Source: an uncultured Ignavibacterium sp.
GTDB lineage: Bacteria > Bacteroidota > Ignavibacteria > Ignavibacteriales > Ignavibacteriaceae
Reading direction: 5' to 3'
Length of the DNA: 64,000 nt
Assembly: GCA_964580755.1 (NCBI GenBank)
Contig: CAZOMO010000008.1
Coordinates: 16,875-80,874, forward strand
The notes beneath the pieces are model-generated. The model worked only from the letters and a program-made list of their open reading frames with translations. It had not been told where the DNA came from and did not search any database. The number at the start of each line of letters is the position of its first letter. The first letter of the stretch is position 1. Of the stretch, positions 28,822 to 42,831 are shown piece by piece. The position numbers were made by a program, and so were the translations under genes.

Positions 28822-29478
28822 TCATCCTGCTGAAGTAAAAAATTCTTCCCCATTATCTTTTGTATGAATCATAAGCAGGTTAGCGCGGACCATTTTAACT
28901 AAGGTTCTGGAAGCTCTTCTTTCTGAAATGTTTACAAGATTACTTAACTCCTTAATAGATATCTTATCAGTTTTAGAAAGATATTCAAATACTAATTTTT
29001 CTGTTGATCCTATAACATATTTTTTTAATGCAGTATGATTGGATTGTACACGAAGAATCCTGATCATTTCTTTGCTTGCCTGCACGCTTTTATCATTAAC
29101 ACGGATTGGAACGACAGCCGTTTTAATGTCAAGTTCGGACTGGTAATCTTGTAAACGATGCGGTTTTTTTTCTGACTCAGGAATTTTTACAATAACGATT
29201 TCTTTACTATCAATCTCTCTGTATTCAATTGAATACTCAAGCGGTGGTTCACAATAATTAACGGCAGTATCTTTAATTAATTCAGTAGTTTCTTTTTCAC
29301 TTTCAACACCGATAACTTTTTTATCATCATCAACTCCGAATAACACATAACCGCCTTTAGTATTTGCAAGCGCTATCATTTCGCGGGCAATTTTATCGTG
29401 AGTCGAAAATTTTCTTTTAAACTCACATTGAATGTTTTCCCCTTCTTCAATTATTTCTAACAATTCCCGGTACCGCAT
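28822..29478 (-). CDS. AlbA_2 (Schlafen-type) DNA-binding domain protein with C-terminal winged-helix
   Basis: N-terminal EGENIQCEFKRKF...ALANTKGGYVLFGVDD pattern, then an HTH-like ISIKELSNLVNISERRASRTLVKM. Confidence 0.65.
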   Translation of the reverse strand: MRYRELLEIIEEGENIQCEFKRKFSTHDKIAREMIALANTKGGYVLFGVDDDKKVIGVESEKETTELIKDTAVNYCEPPLEYSIEYREIDSKEIVIVKIPESEKKPHRLQDYQSELDIKTAVVPIRVNDKSVQASKEMIRILRVQSNHTALKKYVIGSTEKLVFEYLSKTDKISIKELSNLVNISERRASRTLVKMVRANLLMIHTKDNGEEFFTSAG

Positions 29479-29501
29479 AACAGCAATAATATTTTAAAGG
29501 T

Positions 29502-31895
29502 TCAATTAAAATGTTTACGGGGGTCCCACAATGGTTCTAACTTTTTCTTAATCGGAGAAATATTTTGGATATCTGGATTCAGATTTTGTTTTTCAGTTCC
29601 AGTTTTATCTTTTGTTTCTGTTTCAACAATTTTGTCTTGTTCTTTAGTTTCATCATTAACCAAATCAGTATTATTTTCATCGACATCATTAAGAGCAATC
29701 ATCGTTGAATCCTTTTGATGATTTGCCAATGCGTTCAAACTATCCTGAAGTGCTTTTTGCAGCCTTGCTTTTTCCTGTTTGTAAGTTGAAACTTTTTGTG
29801 AAGCTTTTTTTACATAAACAGTAGCCGGATATTTGGATATCAAGGTATCATAGACCGCAGCAGCAGAATCCAAAAGAAACAAATTGTTTTCTAAAATGAA
29901 TGCTGATGCATACAATGCCTGCGGTGCTAATGGTGATTTTGGGTATTCACTATAAATATTTAAAAACTTGCTTAAAGATTTCTGGTAATCACCTGACAAC
30001 ATTAAATCCTCTGCAGATGCATAAGAATCTTTTGCCTGGTCATATTGAAGATCAACCAACGGTAATTTTAGTTTATCTGCAGCAGCATTGACAATGCTTT
30101 TATCTTTATAATCATCATAAATAATTTTAAACAAACTATCAGCTTTTTGTTTTTCATCAACGGTCAAATAATAACTACCCATAGCATAAAGGGTGTTTGG
30201 ATAATAATTTGTGCCTGAATAAAACTCAAGATTTTGCTTATAAAGATTATAAGCTGAGTCGGGCACGTCAAACTCGGTTAAAAACAGATTACCCAATTCC
30301 AAATTATTTTTAGAAATTATTGTTTTTGCAGAATCTAACGGAATTGATAATTTTTTTGGTGGATTGCCTTTAAAGCCTAAACTATCAAGGTTAATCTTTC
30401 CCTGATTACGCATTGCTAAAAAGTCTTTATTCTTTTTTTCGTTTATGGCATCATTTTTTTTCTGCTCAATATAAGTGTATAAACTGGAATGTAATCCCAC
30501 AGTATCAAACGGAGATATTTCACCTATGAGCACAAGACTATCAACGCGGGCTAAACTATCAACAACAAAAAGTGAGTCTTTAATAAATGAAGAATCAACC
30601 TTAACAGTAGAAGTATCTGTACCTACATCTTTCCAAATATCCTCCATTTCTTTTTTAGCGAGAAAATCATCCAAAATTTTTAATGAATCAGCAAGATAAT
30701 CTGATGAATCTTTTTTAAAATTTTCAGGATTTTCAGAATAAAATAACTGCTTATCCAGCTTGTTAATTTCACCACGAAGTCTGGAGTATTTTGAAAATAG
30801 CTGTGTGTTACTCTTTACATCTTCAATATACTCTTTAGGAGGATTTGATGCTAAAGCTTTTTGATAATAATACCCTGCACTATCATAATTCATAAATCTG
30901 GTTCTGAACAATTCTGCGAGTTCAAAATTTGAAGCAGAAGCGAACGGAGTGTTTTTATAAGTTGTATCAACTATCTTAAACTGTTCAAATGCACTGTCAA
31001 ATCTTCCAAGTGCAACCAGGGTTTTACCAATTTCAAAATCAATTTCATTAAAGGAATCAAGAAACTTATCCTTGTTTCTAATATCTTCAAAAACATTCAG
31101 TGCTTTTTGCGCTTGACCGCCTTTGCGTAATGCATCTGCATATTTTATTGTTGCTTTAATCTCAAGATCAAATTCCGGTGAATAATCAAAAACTTTTTCA
31201 AAGGCTGAAATAGCATTATCATTGTCATTCATCAGCGTGTATAGGTTTCCTAATTCATAATATATTTGTCCACGAGTTTGGTCGCCTTTATATACCTCTG
31301 CAAATTCATTTGCAAGCGAGATTGCTTTTGTATAATCTTTTTCTCTTAGCCGGAATTTAATTTCCTGAACGTATGATTCTTTGATAAAATCTTTATAGCC
31401 TTCTTCAACTGATTTTGTTCGTACTTGCTGAATAAGTTTCAGTGCCTGAGTATTCTCCCTTAACTCGAAATAATTTTTTGCCATCCATAAATTAGCTTCT
31501 GTTATTCTTTCATCGTCATCAATGTTTGTAGCAAGGAGTTCTTCAAATTTTCTGTTGGATTTTTGATAATTACCCTGATAGTAGAATGATTTTCCAAGCA
31601 TTATCAGTGCTTCATCAACATAGGAAGTTGATGCATTGAACTGCAAAAGTTTTGAACTTTTTTCAACAACTTTAACTAATGAATTTTTTGCTGTGCCGGG
31701 AATAATCAGCGGATCGTTAGAAAATAAATCGCGTTTTTGCGAAAGTATTTCTGTTTCAGCATCTTCGAAAAGTGTGGCAGTATTATAATAAAGATTAAAG
31801 TAGGTTGTAAAATTATCCCACACAGAACATCCGCTTAAAGCAAGCAGAAGAATTGAGATTGCGATAAACTTGTTTTTATTGTTTCTAAAAATCAT
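29502..31895 (-). CDS. TPR-repeat lipoprotein
   Basis: Lipobox LLALSGC and many TPR-like helical repeats. Confidence 0.7.
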   Translation of the reverse strand: MIFRNNKNKFIAISILLLALSGCSVWDNFTTYFNLYYNTATLFEDAETEILSQKRDLFSNDPLIIPGTAKNSLVKVVEKSSKLLQFNASTSYVDEALIMLGKSFYYQGNYQKSNRKFEELLATNIDDDERITEANLWMAKNYFELRENTQALKLIQQVRTKSVEEGYKDFIKESYVQEIKFRLREKDYTKAISLANEFAEVYKGDQTRGQIYYELGNLYTLMNDNDNAISAFEKVFDYSPEFDLEIKATIKYADALRKGGQAQKALNVFEDIRNKDKFLDSFNEIDFEIGKTLVALGRFDSAFEQFKIVDTTYKNTPFASASNFELAELFRTRFMNYDSAGYYYQKALASNPPKEYIEDVKSNTQLFSKYSRLRGEINKLDKQLFYSENPENFKKDSSDYLADSLKILDDFLAKKEMEDIWKDVGTDTSTVKVDSSFIKDSLFVVDSLARVDSLVLIGEISPFDTVGLHSSLYTYIEQKKNDAINEKKNKDFLAMRNQGKINLDSLGFKGNPPKKLSIPLDSAKTIISKNNLELGNLFLTEFDVPDSAYNLYKQNLEFYSGTNYYPNTLYAMGSYYLTVDEKQKADSLFKIIYDDYKDKSIVNAAADKLKLPLVDLQYDQAKDSYASAEDLMLSGDYQKSLSKFLNIYSEYPKSPLAPQALYASAFILENNLFLLDSAAAVYDTLISKYPATVYVKKASQKVSTYKQEKARLQKALQDSLNALANHQKDSTMIALNDVDENNTDLVNDETKEQDKIVETETKDKTGTEKQNLNPDIQNISPIKKKLEPLWDPRKHFN

Positions 31896-31941
31896 AGTTT
31901 AAGCTATTAAACCTTAACAAAAAGAAAAAGGCATTTTTTTT

Positions 31942-35333
<3,392 letters not shown>

Positions 35334-35601
35334 TTTATGTAAGTTTCTCCGTTGGTAATTTCTATTGAAAAATTAAATATAGATGTTTTGATATACAATT
35401 TAATAATATTTGATAAAAGATTGTTTGTTTAACTAGTGCAAAAATATTTGATAAGTGATTTACTCAACGTTTTAGATCATCCATATTTTACTTTCTAAAA
35501 TTAGTATCTGGGATATCCTGAAGCCTTTATCCTTTAATACAAGACTTTTTTTGCATAAATTATCAGCATTAAATAAATATTAATATTCAAACAGATTAAT
35601 T

Positions 35602-38600
35602 ATGAAACCCAATTTCTATTTAAAATTTATCATATCTCTTATTTTAATTTTATCCTATAATATTAAACCTCAGCAAAATAATAATGAGTTTAGAGCAACG
35701 TGGGTTATCACCTGGGAATATATAAACTCAGGCAGCTCTGTTGAAGTTAACAAAGCACGAATCAGAGAGATTTTGGACAATCACAAAGAAGCTAATATGA
35801 CCTCTGTTTTATTTCAGGTAAGACAAAGCGGAACGGCATACTATCAATCATCTTATGAGCCCTGGGGATATTATGCTGGTTATTCTTATCCCGGATTTGA
35901 CCCATTACAATATGCAATTGAAGAAGCACATAAAAGAGGACTTGAGTTACACGCCTGGTTTAATTGTTTTAGTGTCGCATCTACTCATGCAGGTACAATC
36001 CCCGTTAAATATCCGCAATGGATTTGCAGAGATCAAAACGGTAATGCTATGACTTCAAACCAAGCTGCTTCTCCCGGATTGCAGGAAGTCAGAGACTATA
36101 CAATAAACGTCGCGATGGAACTTGTAAGAAATTATGATATTGATGGTTTGCATTTGGATTATGTCAGATGGAATGAATACACTACTGGCGATATGTTAAA
36201 ACCTGCTTCACAGATTGAACAAGAAACAAAACTTGATGGTGTTTTCTCAGATGAAACTATTACCAAATTAACATCAACTCAAAGTTCAAACAGATTTTTA
36301 TATGATGTTGAACATCCGTACAGCTCTGGCGTCCCATCCGGGTTTAACACCTGGGAAGATTGGTGGCGATGGTCTGTTACTGAATTTGTAAAAACTTTAC
36401 ACGATTCTATCCAGACGGTAAAACCATGGGTTCGTTTATCTCCTGCTGCATTAGGTAATTATAAAGCAGGCGGCGCTAATGGATGGAATGGCTATTATGT
36501 TGTTTATCAGGATGCTGCTCTGTGGTTTAATCAGGGTTATGTTGAACAATTAGCTCCTATGCATTATCACTGGTTAAATGGCAATGCAATGTTTAATGCA
36601 ATTACTTCTGACTGGGAACCAAATATTCAGCAGGGAATTGCCGCCGGCAGATTATATACCTGCGGTCCGGGCTCTTATTTACTGGATGAAAACAATGTCT
36701 GGTCGAATCATCCGGGAATCGTTTATCGAATGCGTGATAAAACCTGGGTTGATGGTTTTCAATTTTTTAGCTATGGAACATGGAATTCCTATAATTACTG
36801 GGATGAAGCAGGCACAACATTTTTTAATAAAAAAGTTAAGGTAAGAGATATAAATTTTGTTTCCCAGCCCTCTGCACCATCCATTGCATTAAATCAAATT
36901 GATTCGCTTAATTATGAAATAACCGTTACGCCTCATCCATCAAGTACAGATAATCATTGGTTTGCAATTTACAGGTCCAATGATGAAATACTTAATGTAG
37001 ATGATGATGAGATTATAGATGTAAAATTCGGAAATTCTCCTTATAGTTTTATTGATACTTTTACCGGTACACAAAATTATAATGGCACATATAAATATTT
37101 TGCTGCTTCTTTAAACAGATATTGGAATGAATCTGAAATTTCCAATTCATTTACTACCTCACCAATACCATCATTTGCTCCTGTTGTCGTTGAAACAACT
37201 CCGGCAGAAAACGAGATATTAAATATTCCGAATAATATTCTTATCCATTTTTCAAAATCAATGGATATAACTACTTTTACAAATACTGTACATATCTCTC
37301 CATCTGTACAGGTTACAAACCTAACATGGAGTAATGATAATAAAACTGTTTCAATTGCTGCAACAGGATACCTCTATCAAACAAACTATACATTAACAAT
37401 AGATTCAACAGTTACTGATGTTAATGGTAGAAAACTTGATGGCGATGGAAACGGAATAGAAGGCGACCCGTTTGTTTTACATTTCCAGACAAATCTTGAA
37501 GACATTCTCGGTCCACAAATAATATCCACCTATCCGCAAAACAATTCCGCAAATGTAGATGTTGGTTCAATAATAACAATTGTATTTGATGAATTGATTG
37601 CACCGCAAACATTTACTGCTGCAGATTTAAGTCTTACCAGCAGTGGTTCTCCAGTAAATTTTAGTTTTCAGCATACTAACTCTGGTGGAAAAAGTATTAT
37701 TTGCATTCAGCCAGCAAATTTATTTAATCACAGCACAGATTATAACCTTACTTTAAGCGGTGATTATACCGATACACTAGGAAATTTATCAGGCTCAGTT
37801 ACACAAATTAATTTTACAAGTGCAGGATTATCATACAGCGAAATTAAAATGATAGATGATTTTACAACGCCCGGCGATTGGAAACAGCCTGATTACAGCG
37901 GCTCAACTTCAGGGATTATTGGATCTGGAACTCATTTTGAATTTGTATCAAATGTTTATCTTCCTTCTACTTCTCCCAGAAGATCTGCAAAACTTACATA
38001 TCAGTGGGATGCTAATGCAAGTAGTTATTTAATTCGTGAATATTTAAACGGCGGGGCACCTCAGTCTGTTTATTTTGACACAAGCTGCGTATTACAAAGT
38101 TATGTTTACGGTGATGGCAGTAATACAAGCGTAAGATTTTGTATTGATGAATATACAGGCTCTGCCTGGGGCGATCACGAAGTATCTCAATGGATAAAAA
38201 TTGATTGGTACGGTTGGAAATTAATTGAATGGCAATTAAATGATCCCGGTAGTGTAGGAAGCTGGATTGGAGACAGAAATCTTAACGGACAGTATTATAG
38301 AATTGATAGTTACCAGTTAACCAAAACTCCTGAAAGCGCAATTTCCGGAATTATATATTTTGATGATTTAAGAGCGGTTAAAAAAGTGGTCGGCACTGTT
38401 GGTATCGACGATGTAAGCAGTGATATACCAGTACAATATTTTCTTTCACAGAACTATCCAAATCCATTTAATCCAAGTACAAAAATAAGCTGGCAATCAC
38501 CTGCAAGCGGATGGCACACTTTGAAAATATATAATTCACTAGGAGAAGAAATCGAAACTTTAATAAATGGATATCTTGAAGCAGGTTCTCACTCTGTATT

Positions 38601-38697
38601 ATATAATGTAAATTCTGCTTTGCCAAGCGGTGTTTACTTTTACAGATTACAAACGGAAAACTTTGTTGAAACTAAAAAAATGATTCTATTAAGATAA
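35602..38697 (+). CDS. Glycosyl-hydrolase-like 10 (DUF187) family protein with Ig-like repeats and a T9SS C-terminal sorting domain
   Basis: N-terminal FRATWVITW...LFQVRQSGTAYY...GLELHAWFN (GHL10 pattern), SbsA-Ig-like repeats (VVETTPAEN, IISTYPQNN), and a C-terminal NYPNPFNPSTKISW...GVYFYRL tail. Confidence 0.75.
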   Translation: MKPNFYLKFIISLILILSYNIKPQQNNNEFRATWVITWEYINSGSSVEVNKARIREILDNHKEANMTSVLFQVRQSGTAYYQSSYEPWGYYAGYSYPGFDPLQYAIEEAHKRGLELHAWFNCFSVASTHAGTIPVKYPQWICRDQNGNAMTSNQAASPGLQEVRDYTINVAMELVRNYDIDGLHLDYVRWNEYTTGDMLKPASQIEQETKLDGVFSDETITKLTSTQSSNRFLYDVEHPYSSGVPSGFNTWEDWWRWSVTEFVKTLHDSIQTVKPWVRLSPAALGNYKAGGANGWNGYYVVYQDAALWFNQGYVEQLAPMHYHWLNGNAMFNAITSDWEPNIQQGIAAGRLYTCGPGSYLLDENNVWSNHPGIVYRMRDKTWVDGFQFFSYGTWNSYNYWDEAGTTFFNKKVKVRDINFVSQPSAPSIALNQIDSLNYEITVTPHPSSTDNHWFAIYRSNDEILNVDDDEIIDVKFGNSPYSFIDTFTGTQNYNGTYKYFAASLNRYWNESEISNSFTTSPIPSFAPVVVETTPAENEILNIPNNILIHFSKSMDITTFTNTVHISPSVQVTNLTWSNDNKTVSIAATGYLYQTNYTLTIDSTVTDVNGRKLDGDGNGIEGDPFVLHFQTNLEDILGPQIISTYPQNNSANVDVGSIITIVFDELIAPQTFTAADLSLTSSGSPVNFSFQHTNSGGKSIICIQPANLFNHSTDYNLTLSGDYTDTLGNLSGSVTQINFTSAGLSYSEIKMIDDFTTPGDWKQPDYSGSTSGIIGSGTHFEFVSNVYLPSTSPRRSAKLTYQWDANASSYLIREYLNGGAPQSVYFDTSCVLQSYVYGDGSNTSVRFCIDEYTGSAWGDHEVSQWIKIDWYGWKLIEWQLNDPGSVGSWIGDRNLNGQYYRIDSYQLTKTPESAISGIIYFDDLRAVKKVVGTVGIDDVSSDIPVQYFLSQNYPNPFNPSTKISWQSPASGWHTLKIYNSLGEEIETLINGYLEAGSHSVLYNVNSALPSGVYFYRLQTENFVETKKMILLR

Positions 38698-38780
38698 TTA
38701 TTTGAAGACAGTTATTGGCGGTTAAAAATATTTACAGATTACTGAATTAAAAAAAAGTTGTTTGAATAAGACCGATTGGG

Positions 38781-39467
38781 TTACAGCAATTCCTTTATCG
38801 CTTTTTCAACCAACGGCTTCATAATTTGATATCCTGTCAGATTCGGATGAACTCCGTCTTCAGAATATTCTTTTGGAAGCCCATTTCTTTCATCAGCCAT
38901 AGCAGTAAAATAATCAACGTAAGAAATATTGTTTGTTGCGGCGTAATTTTTAATCCACTTATTAAGTTCAGTTATTTTTTGAGCTGGGTGCAAACCCGGA
39001 TTCCAGGGATAATCAAATGCGGGAAGTACAGAACAGAGAATCACTTTGATATTATTTGCCTCAGCTATTTCAACCATTGATTTAATATTATCTGCAATCA
39101 TTTCTAAAGTAGAAGGACCGGTATTACCAGCGATATCGTTTGCACCTGCTAATATTACAACAATCTTCGGTTTTAGATTTACAACATCAGGTCTGAATCT
39201 GATTAGCATTTGCGGAGTTGTTTGCCCGCTGATTCCACGATTAATATATCCATTCTCATCAAAGAAATCAGGATCAAGTCTTTTCCACTCTTCAGTAATT
39301 GAATTGCCCATAAATACAACTCGTTTTTCATCCGGTTTAGGCAATCCAAGTTTTAAATTTTCTTCCTTATACTTTGATAAAAAAGCCCAGTCGTTATTTT
39401 GTGCTTGTAATATTTGATCCATAAATAAAAAAGATATTATTAAAATTAGAAGATTAAATGTTTTCAT
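38781..39467 (-). CDS. SGNH/GDSL hydrolase family protein, secreted
   Basis: Blocks GNSIT, LAGANDI and DGVHPN. The ATG at 39467 gives the signal peptide MKTFNLLILIISFLF; the track start at 39494 is a GTG extension. Confidence 0.8.
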   Translation of the reverse strand: MKTFNLLILIISFLFMDQILQAQNNDWAFLSKYKEENLKLGLPKPDEKRVVFMGNSITEEWKRLDPDFFDENGYINRGISGQTTPQMLIRFRPDVVNLKPKIVVILAGANDIAGNTGPSTLEMIADNIKSMVEIAEANNIKVILCSVLPAFDYPWNPGLHPAQKITELNKWIKNYAATNNISYVDYFTAMADERNGLPKEYSEDGVHPNLTGYQIMKPLVEKAIKELL

Positions 39468-39536
39468 CTTATCAGATCCCACTTTGATTTTCACTGAACA
39501 AAAATATTTTATCTGTAAAGAAACAATACAATCTGT

Positions 39537-41075
39537 TTAATGTTTCCAAAGTTCGCGGTCTAAACTTCGATACTGAATTGCTTCACTGATATGCTGAGGT
39601 AAAATCTTTTCTGAATTTTCTAAATCAGCAATTGTCCGGCTGACTTTTAATATTCTGTCATAGGCTCTTGCCGAAAGACCTAATTTTGTCATTGCCATTT
39701 TTAATAATTCTTCACCCTGTTCATCTAACTTGCAGTAAGCACGCACTTCTTTAGAACCCATATCTCCGTTATTGAAAATATTTTTATGTTCTTTAAATCT
39801 CTGCAACTGGATTTGGCGTGCTGCGATAACTCTTTTTCTAATACTCTCTGATTTTTCTCCGACAGATTTTGAAGATAGCTCTTTGTATTTAACAGCGGGT
39901 ACTTCAATATGGATATCAATTCTGTCTAACAAAGGACCCGAAATTTTTGCCATATATCTTTGTATTTGAGGGGGTGCGCATGTGCACTCTTTGTTTGGAT
40001 CAGTATAAAAGCCACAGGGACAGGGATTCATAGCCGCAGCGAGCATAAAATTAGCAGGAAATTCAAGAGACAATTTCGATCTGCTTACAGTAACTCTTGC
40101 ATCTTCCAAAGGTTGTCGTAAAACTTCTAAAACATTTTTTTTGAATTCAGGCAGTTCATCCAAAAACAAAACACCGTAATGAGCAAAAGAAACTTCACCG
40201 GGTTTGGGAAAAGACCCGCCGCCAACCAAAGCAGCATCGCTAACAGTATGATGCGGACTTCTAAACGGACGTTCTGTAATTATCGCTTTGTGTTTTGGCA
40301 GGATACCGGCAATTGAATGAATCTTTGTAGTTTCCAGCGCTTCATCAAAAGTTAATGGCGGCAAAATAGAAGGTAATCTTTTCGCAAGCATTGTCTTTCC
40401 TGATCCGGGCGGTCCTATCATCAGGATATTATGCGCACCTGCAGCAGCAACTTCCAATGCACGTTTTACATTCTCCTGTCCTTTAACATCAGAAAAATCA
40501 TAAATATAGCTATTGATTGAAGAAAACAATTCATCTTTATCAGTTATGGTTTTTTCAGGATTTGATTCTTCGTTTAAAAACGCAATTACTTCTGTTAAAT
40601 TTTCAAATCCATAAACATCAATACCATCAACAATAGAAGCTTCATTTGCAGATTCTTTCGGAAGGATAATTCTTTTTATTCCCTTTTTCTTCGATTCAAC
40701 TGCTATCGGAAGTGTGCCTTTTACGTGCCGTAAAGTTCCATCCAAAGATAACTCTCCGAGAAAAACTGAATCAGTTAAAAATTTATCAGATACCAATTCT
40801 TCTGCGGCAAGAATTCCAATTGCAATTGCAAGATCGAACGCACTGCCTTCTTTTTTAATATCAGCAGGTGCAAGATTTATTGTAAATTTTTTGAGTGGAA
40901 ATTTTATATCAGAGTTTTTTATTGCTGCAATAACCCGTTCACGGCTTTCACGCACAGCATTATCTGGTAAGCCCACGATGATAAAACCCGGAATTTGTTT
41001 TTCTACATGCGTTTCAACTTCAACTAAGTAAGCATCAATTCCATAAGTTGCACTTGTAAGAGTTTTGGACAGCAT
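39537..41075 (-). CDS. YifB/ComM family Mg-chelatase-like AAA ATPase
   Basis: Lon-like N-domain, Walker A GPPGSGKT, ChlI-type AAA core. Confidence 0.92.
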   Translation of the reverse strand: MLSKTLTSATYGIDAYLVEVETHVEKQIPGFIIVGLPDNAVRESRERVIAAIKNSDIKFPLKKFTINLAPADIKKEGSAFDLAIAIGILAAEELVSDKFLTDSVFLGELSLDGTLRHVKGTLPIAVESKKKGIKRIILPKESANEASIVDGIDVYGFENLTEVIAFLNEESNPEKTITDKDELFSSINSYIYDFSDVKGQENVKRALEVAAAGAHNILMIGPPGSGKTMLAKRLPSILPPLTFDEALETTKIHSIAGILPKHKAIITERPFRSPHHTVSDAALVGGGSFPKPGEVSFAHYGVLFLDELPEFKKNVLEVLRQPLEDARVTVSRSKLSLEFPANFMLAAAMNPCPCGFYTDPNKECTCAPPQIQRYMAKISGPLLDRIDIHIEVPAVKYKELSSKSVGEKSESIRKRVIAARQIQLQRFKEHKNIFNNGDMGSKEVRAYCKLDEQGEELLKMAMTKLGLSARAYDRILKVSRTIADLENSEKILPQHISEAIQYRSLDRELWKH

Positions 41076-41183
41076 AAAAATTATCCGGTTTGTTTTTGGA
41101 TTTTATTTAGATAAACGGAGCAAGGAAATTTTACCCTGATTTAAGCTGAACCTAATTATAAAAACAAAATACAAGCAAAGTTT

Positions 41184-41693
41184 TTATCTGTAGTTTCTCA
41201 GAAAATCAATTTTATCCTGCAGTTGAGTAACAGGAACTAAAAGTTTATCTTTTCCGTAAATAGCATCTTCCCTGTTATCAAATGCAAGTTCATAATCCTT
41301 ACTCATAACGATAGCTTCTTCAGGGCAAACCTCTTCACAAAAGCCACAAAAGATGCAGCGCAGCATATTGATTTCAAACTTTATCGGGTATCTTTCTTTT
41401 TCCAGTTCAGTTTCAGCAGCTTGTATTTGAATAGCAAGCGGGGGGCAAACCCGTGCACAAAGTCCACACGCAACACATCGTCCTTCGCCATTCATTTCCT
41501 GAACGAGTACAGGTCTTCCGCGATAAGATTTTGGCGGTATAAATTTCTCTTCCGGATATTCCATCGTAAACTTAGGTCTGAACATCGTCTTTAGTGTTAA
41601 CGAAAGTGCCTTTGTTATTTCCGGAATATATGTTTTTTGACCAAAGGTTAAATCTTTAATTCTCTTTTTCGGTGGTATGTTCTTATCAGACAT
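41184..41693 (-). CDS. nuoI: NADH-quinone oxidoreductase subunit I
   Basis: CVACGLCARVCP and CIFCGFCEEVCP. I prefer the ATG at 41693 (with an AGGAG SD) to the adjacent TTG at 41696. Confidence 0.9.
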   Translation of the reverse strand: MSDKNIPPKKRIKDLTFGQKTYIPEITKALSLTLKTMFRPKFTMEYPEEKFIPPKSYRGRPVLVQEMNGEGRCVACGLCARVCPPLAIQIQAAETELEKERYPIKFEINMLRCIFCGFCEEVCPEEAIVMSKDYELAFDNREDAIYGKDKLLVPVTQLQDKIDFLRNYR

Positions 41694-41737
41694 CAAAACT
41701 CCTGTTAATATTTTCTTTACAGATAAATAAAATTAAA

Positions 41738-42811
41738 TTATAACTTAAAAATCATTATTAAAACCGCAACCCAAACAATATTGAAAAGCGAAAGCGGAAA
41801 CATAACTTTCCAGCCTAAACTCATCAACTGATCATATCTAAATCTCGGAATGCTCCAGCGTACCCAGAGGAAGAAGAATAACAGCAAAACAACTTTTAAA
41901 AGAAATCCCAATACCTGTACTGCAATAACCAAACCTTCTGACAATCCTAACTTTTCTATATAAGGAACTTGCCATCCGCCAAGATAAAGAGTAACGATTA
42001 AAGCGCTTGCAATCAGCATGTTAGCATACTCAGCTAAAAAGAAAGCAGCAAATTTCATACTGCTGTATTCTGTGTGATAGCCTCCAACAAGCTCTGGTTC
42101 TGCTTCGGGCAAATCAAAAGGCAGCCGGTTGGTTTCTGCAAAAGCTGAAACAAGAAAGGTAATAAACCCAATCGGTTGAAGTATCAAATTCCACATTGGA
42201 ATAAAGCCTAAAAAATATCCGCCCTGTGATTCAACAATTGCAATTGGTCTTAAAGATTCGGCTAAAAGAACAACACCTCCGATTGAAAAGCCCATTGATA
42301 TTTCATAAGAGATCATCTGTGCAGATGAACGCACACCGCCAAGTAAAGAATATTTACTTCCCGATGACCATCCCGCAAAAGTTATTGCGTAAACACCAAG
42401 CGAGGTTAATGCCAAAACATAAAGTATTCCTATATTAACATCTGCAATTACCAGCGGTATTTGATAACCTGCAATTGAAATTCCAGGACCAATTGGAATT
42501 ACTGCATAGGTGGTAAAAGAAACAAACAAAGCCAACATTGGTGCAAGTGTATGTATTCTTTTGTTTGCAACATCCGGTACGATATCTTCCTTTAATAAAA
42601 GTTTAAATACATCTGCAAACGATTGAAGAGAGCCTTTCCAGCCAACTCTGTTTGGACCTAACCGGTTTTGTGCCCACGCACTGATCTTCCTTTCAAAGTA
42701 AACCAGATAAGCTGCTGCTAACAGCATTGCTATAAGTACAATTACAATTCTTATTAACAAAAAATTATAAAAACTGATTATTGACCACAAAAAATTTAAG
42801 ATTCCATCCAT
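41738..42811 (-). CDS. nuoH: NADH-quinone oxidoreductase subunit H
   Basis: SLQSFADVFKLLLKED and RLPFDLPEAEPELVGGYHTEYS. Confidence 0.93.
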   Translation of the reverse strand: MDGILNFLWSIISFYNFLLIRIVIVLIAMLLAAAYLVYFERKISAWAQNRLGPNRVGWKGSLQSFADVFKLLLKEDIVPDVANKRIHTLAPMLALFVSFTTYAVIPIGPGISIAGYQIPLVIADVNIGILYVLALTSLGVYAITFAGWSSGSKYSLLGGVRSSAQMISYEISMGFSIGGVVLLAESLRPIAIVESQGGYFLGFIPMWNLILQPIGFITFLVSAFAETNRLPFDLPEAEPELVGGYHTEYSSMKFAAFFLAEYANMLIASALIVTLYLGGWQVPYIEKLGLSEGLVIAVQVLGFLLKVVLLLFFFLWVRWSIPRFRYDQLMSLGWKVMFPLSLFNIVWVAVLIMIFKL

Positions 42812-42831
42812 TAAAATTTTATCCTTATAAC

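Noticed and set aside
39046-39417. A 123-aa plus-strand ORF, and similar long ORFs at 27902..28249 (-), 40714..41031 (+), 18202..18537 (-), 14925..15158 (-) and 13984..14271 (+)
   Set aside because: All lie inside, or in alternative or antisense frames of, confidently identified genes (SGNH hydrolase, rlmN, the comM-like gene, era, lnt). Their composition is low-complexity or odd and they carry no recognisable motifs. They are shadow ORFs.
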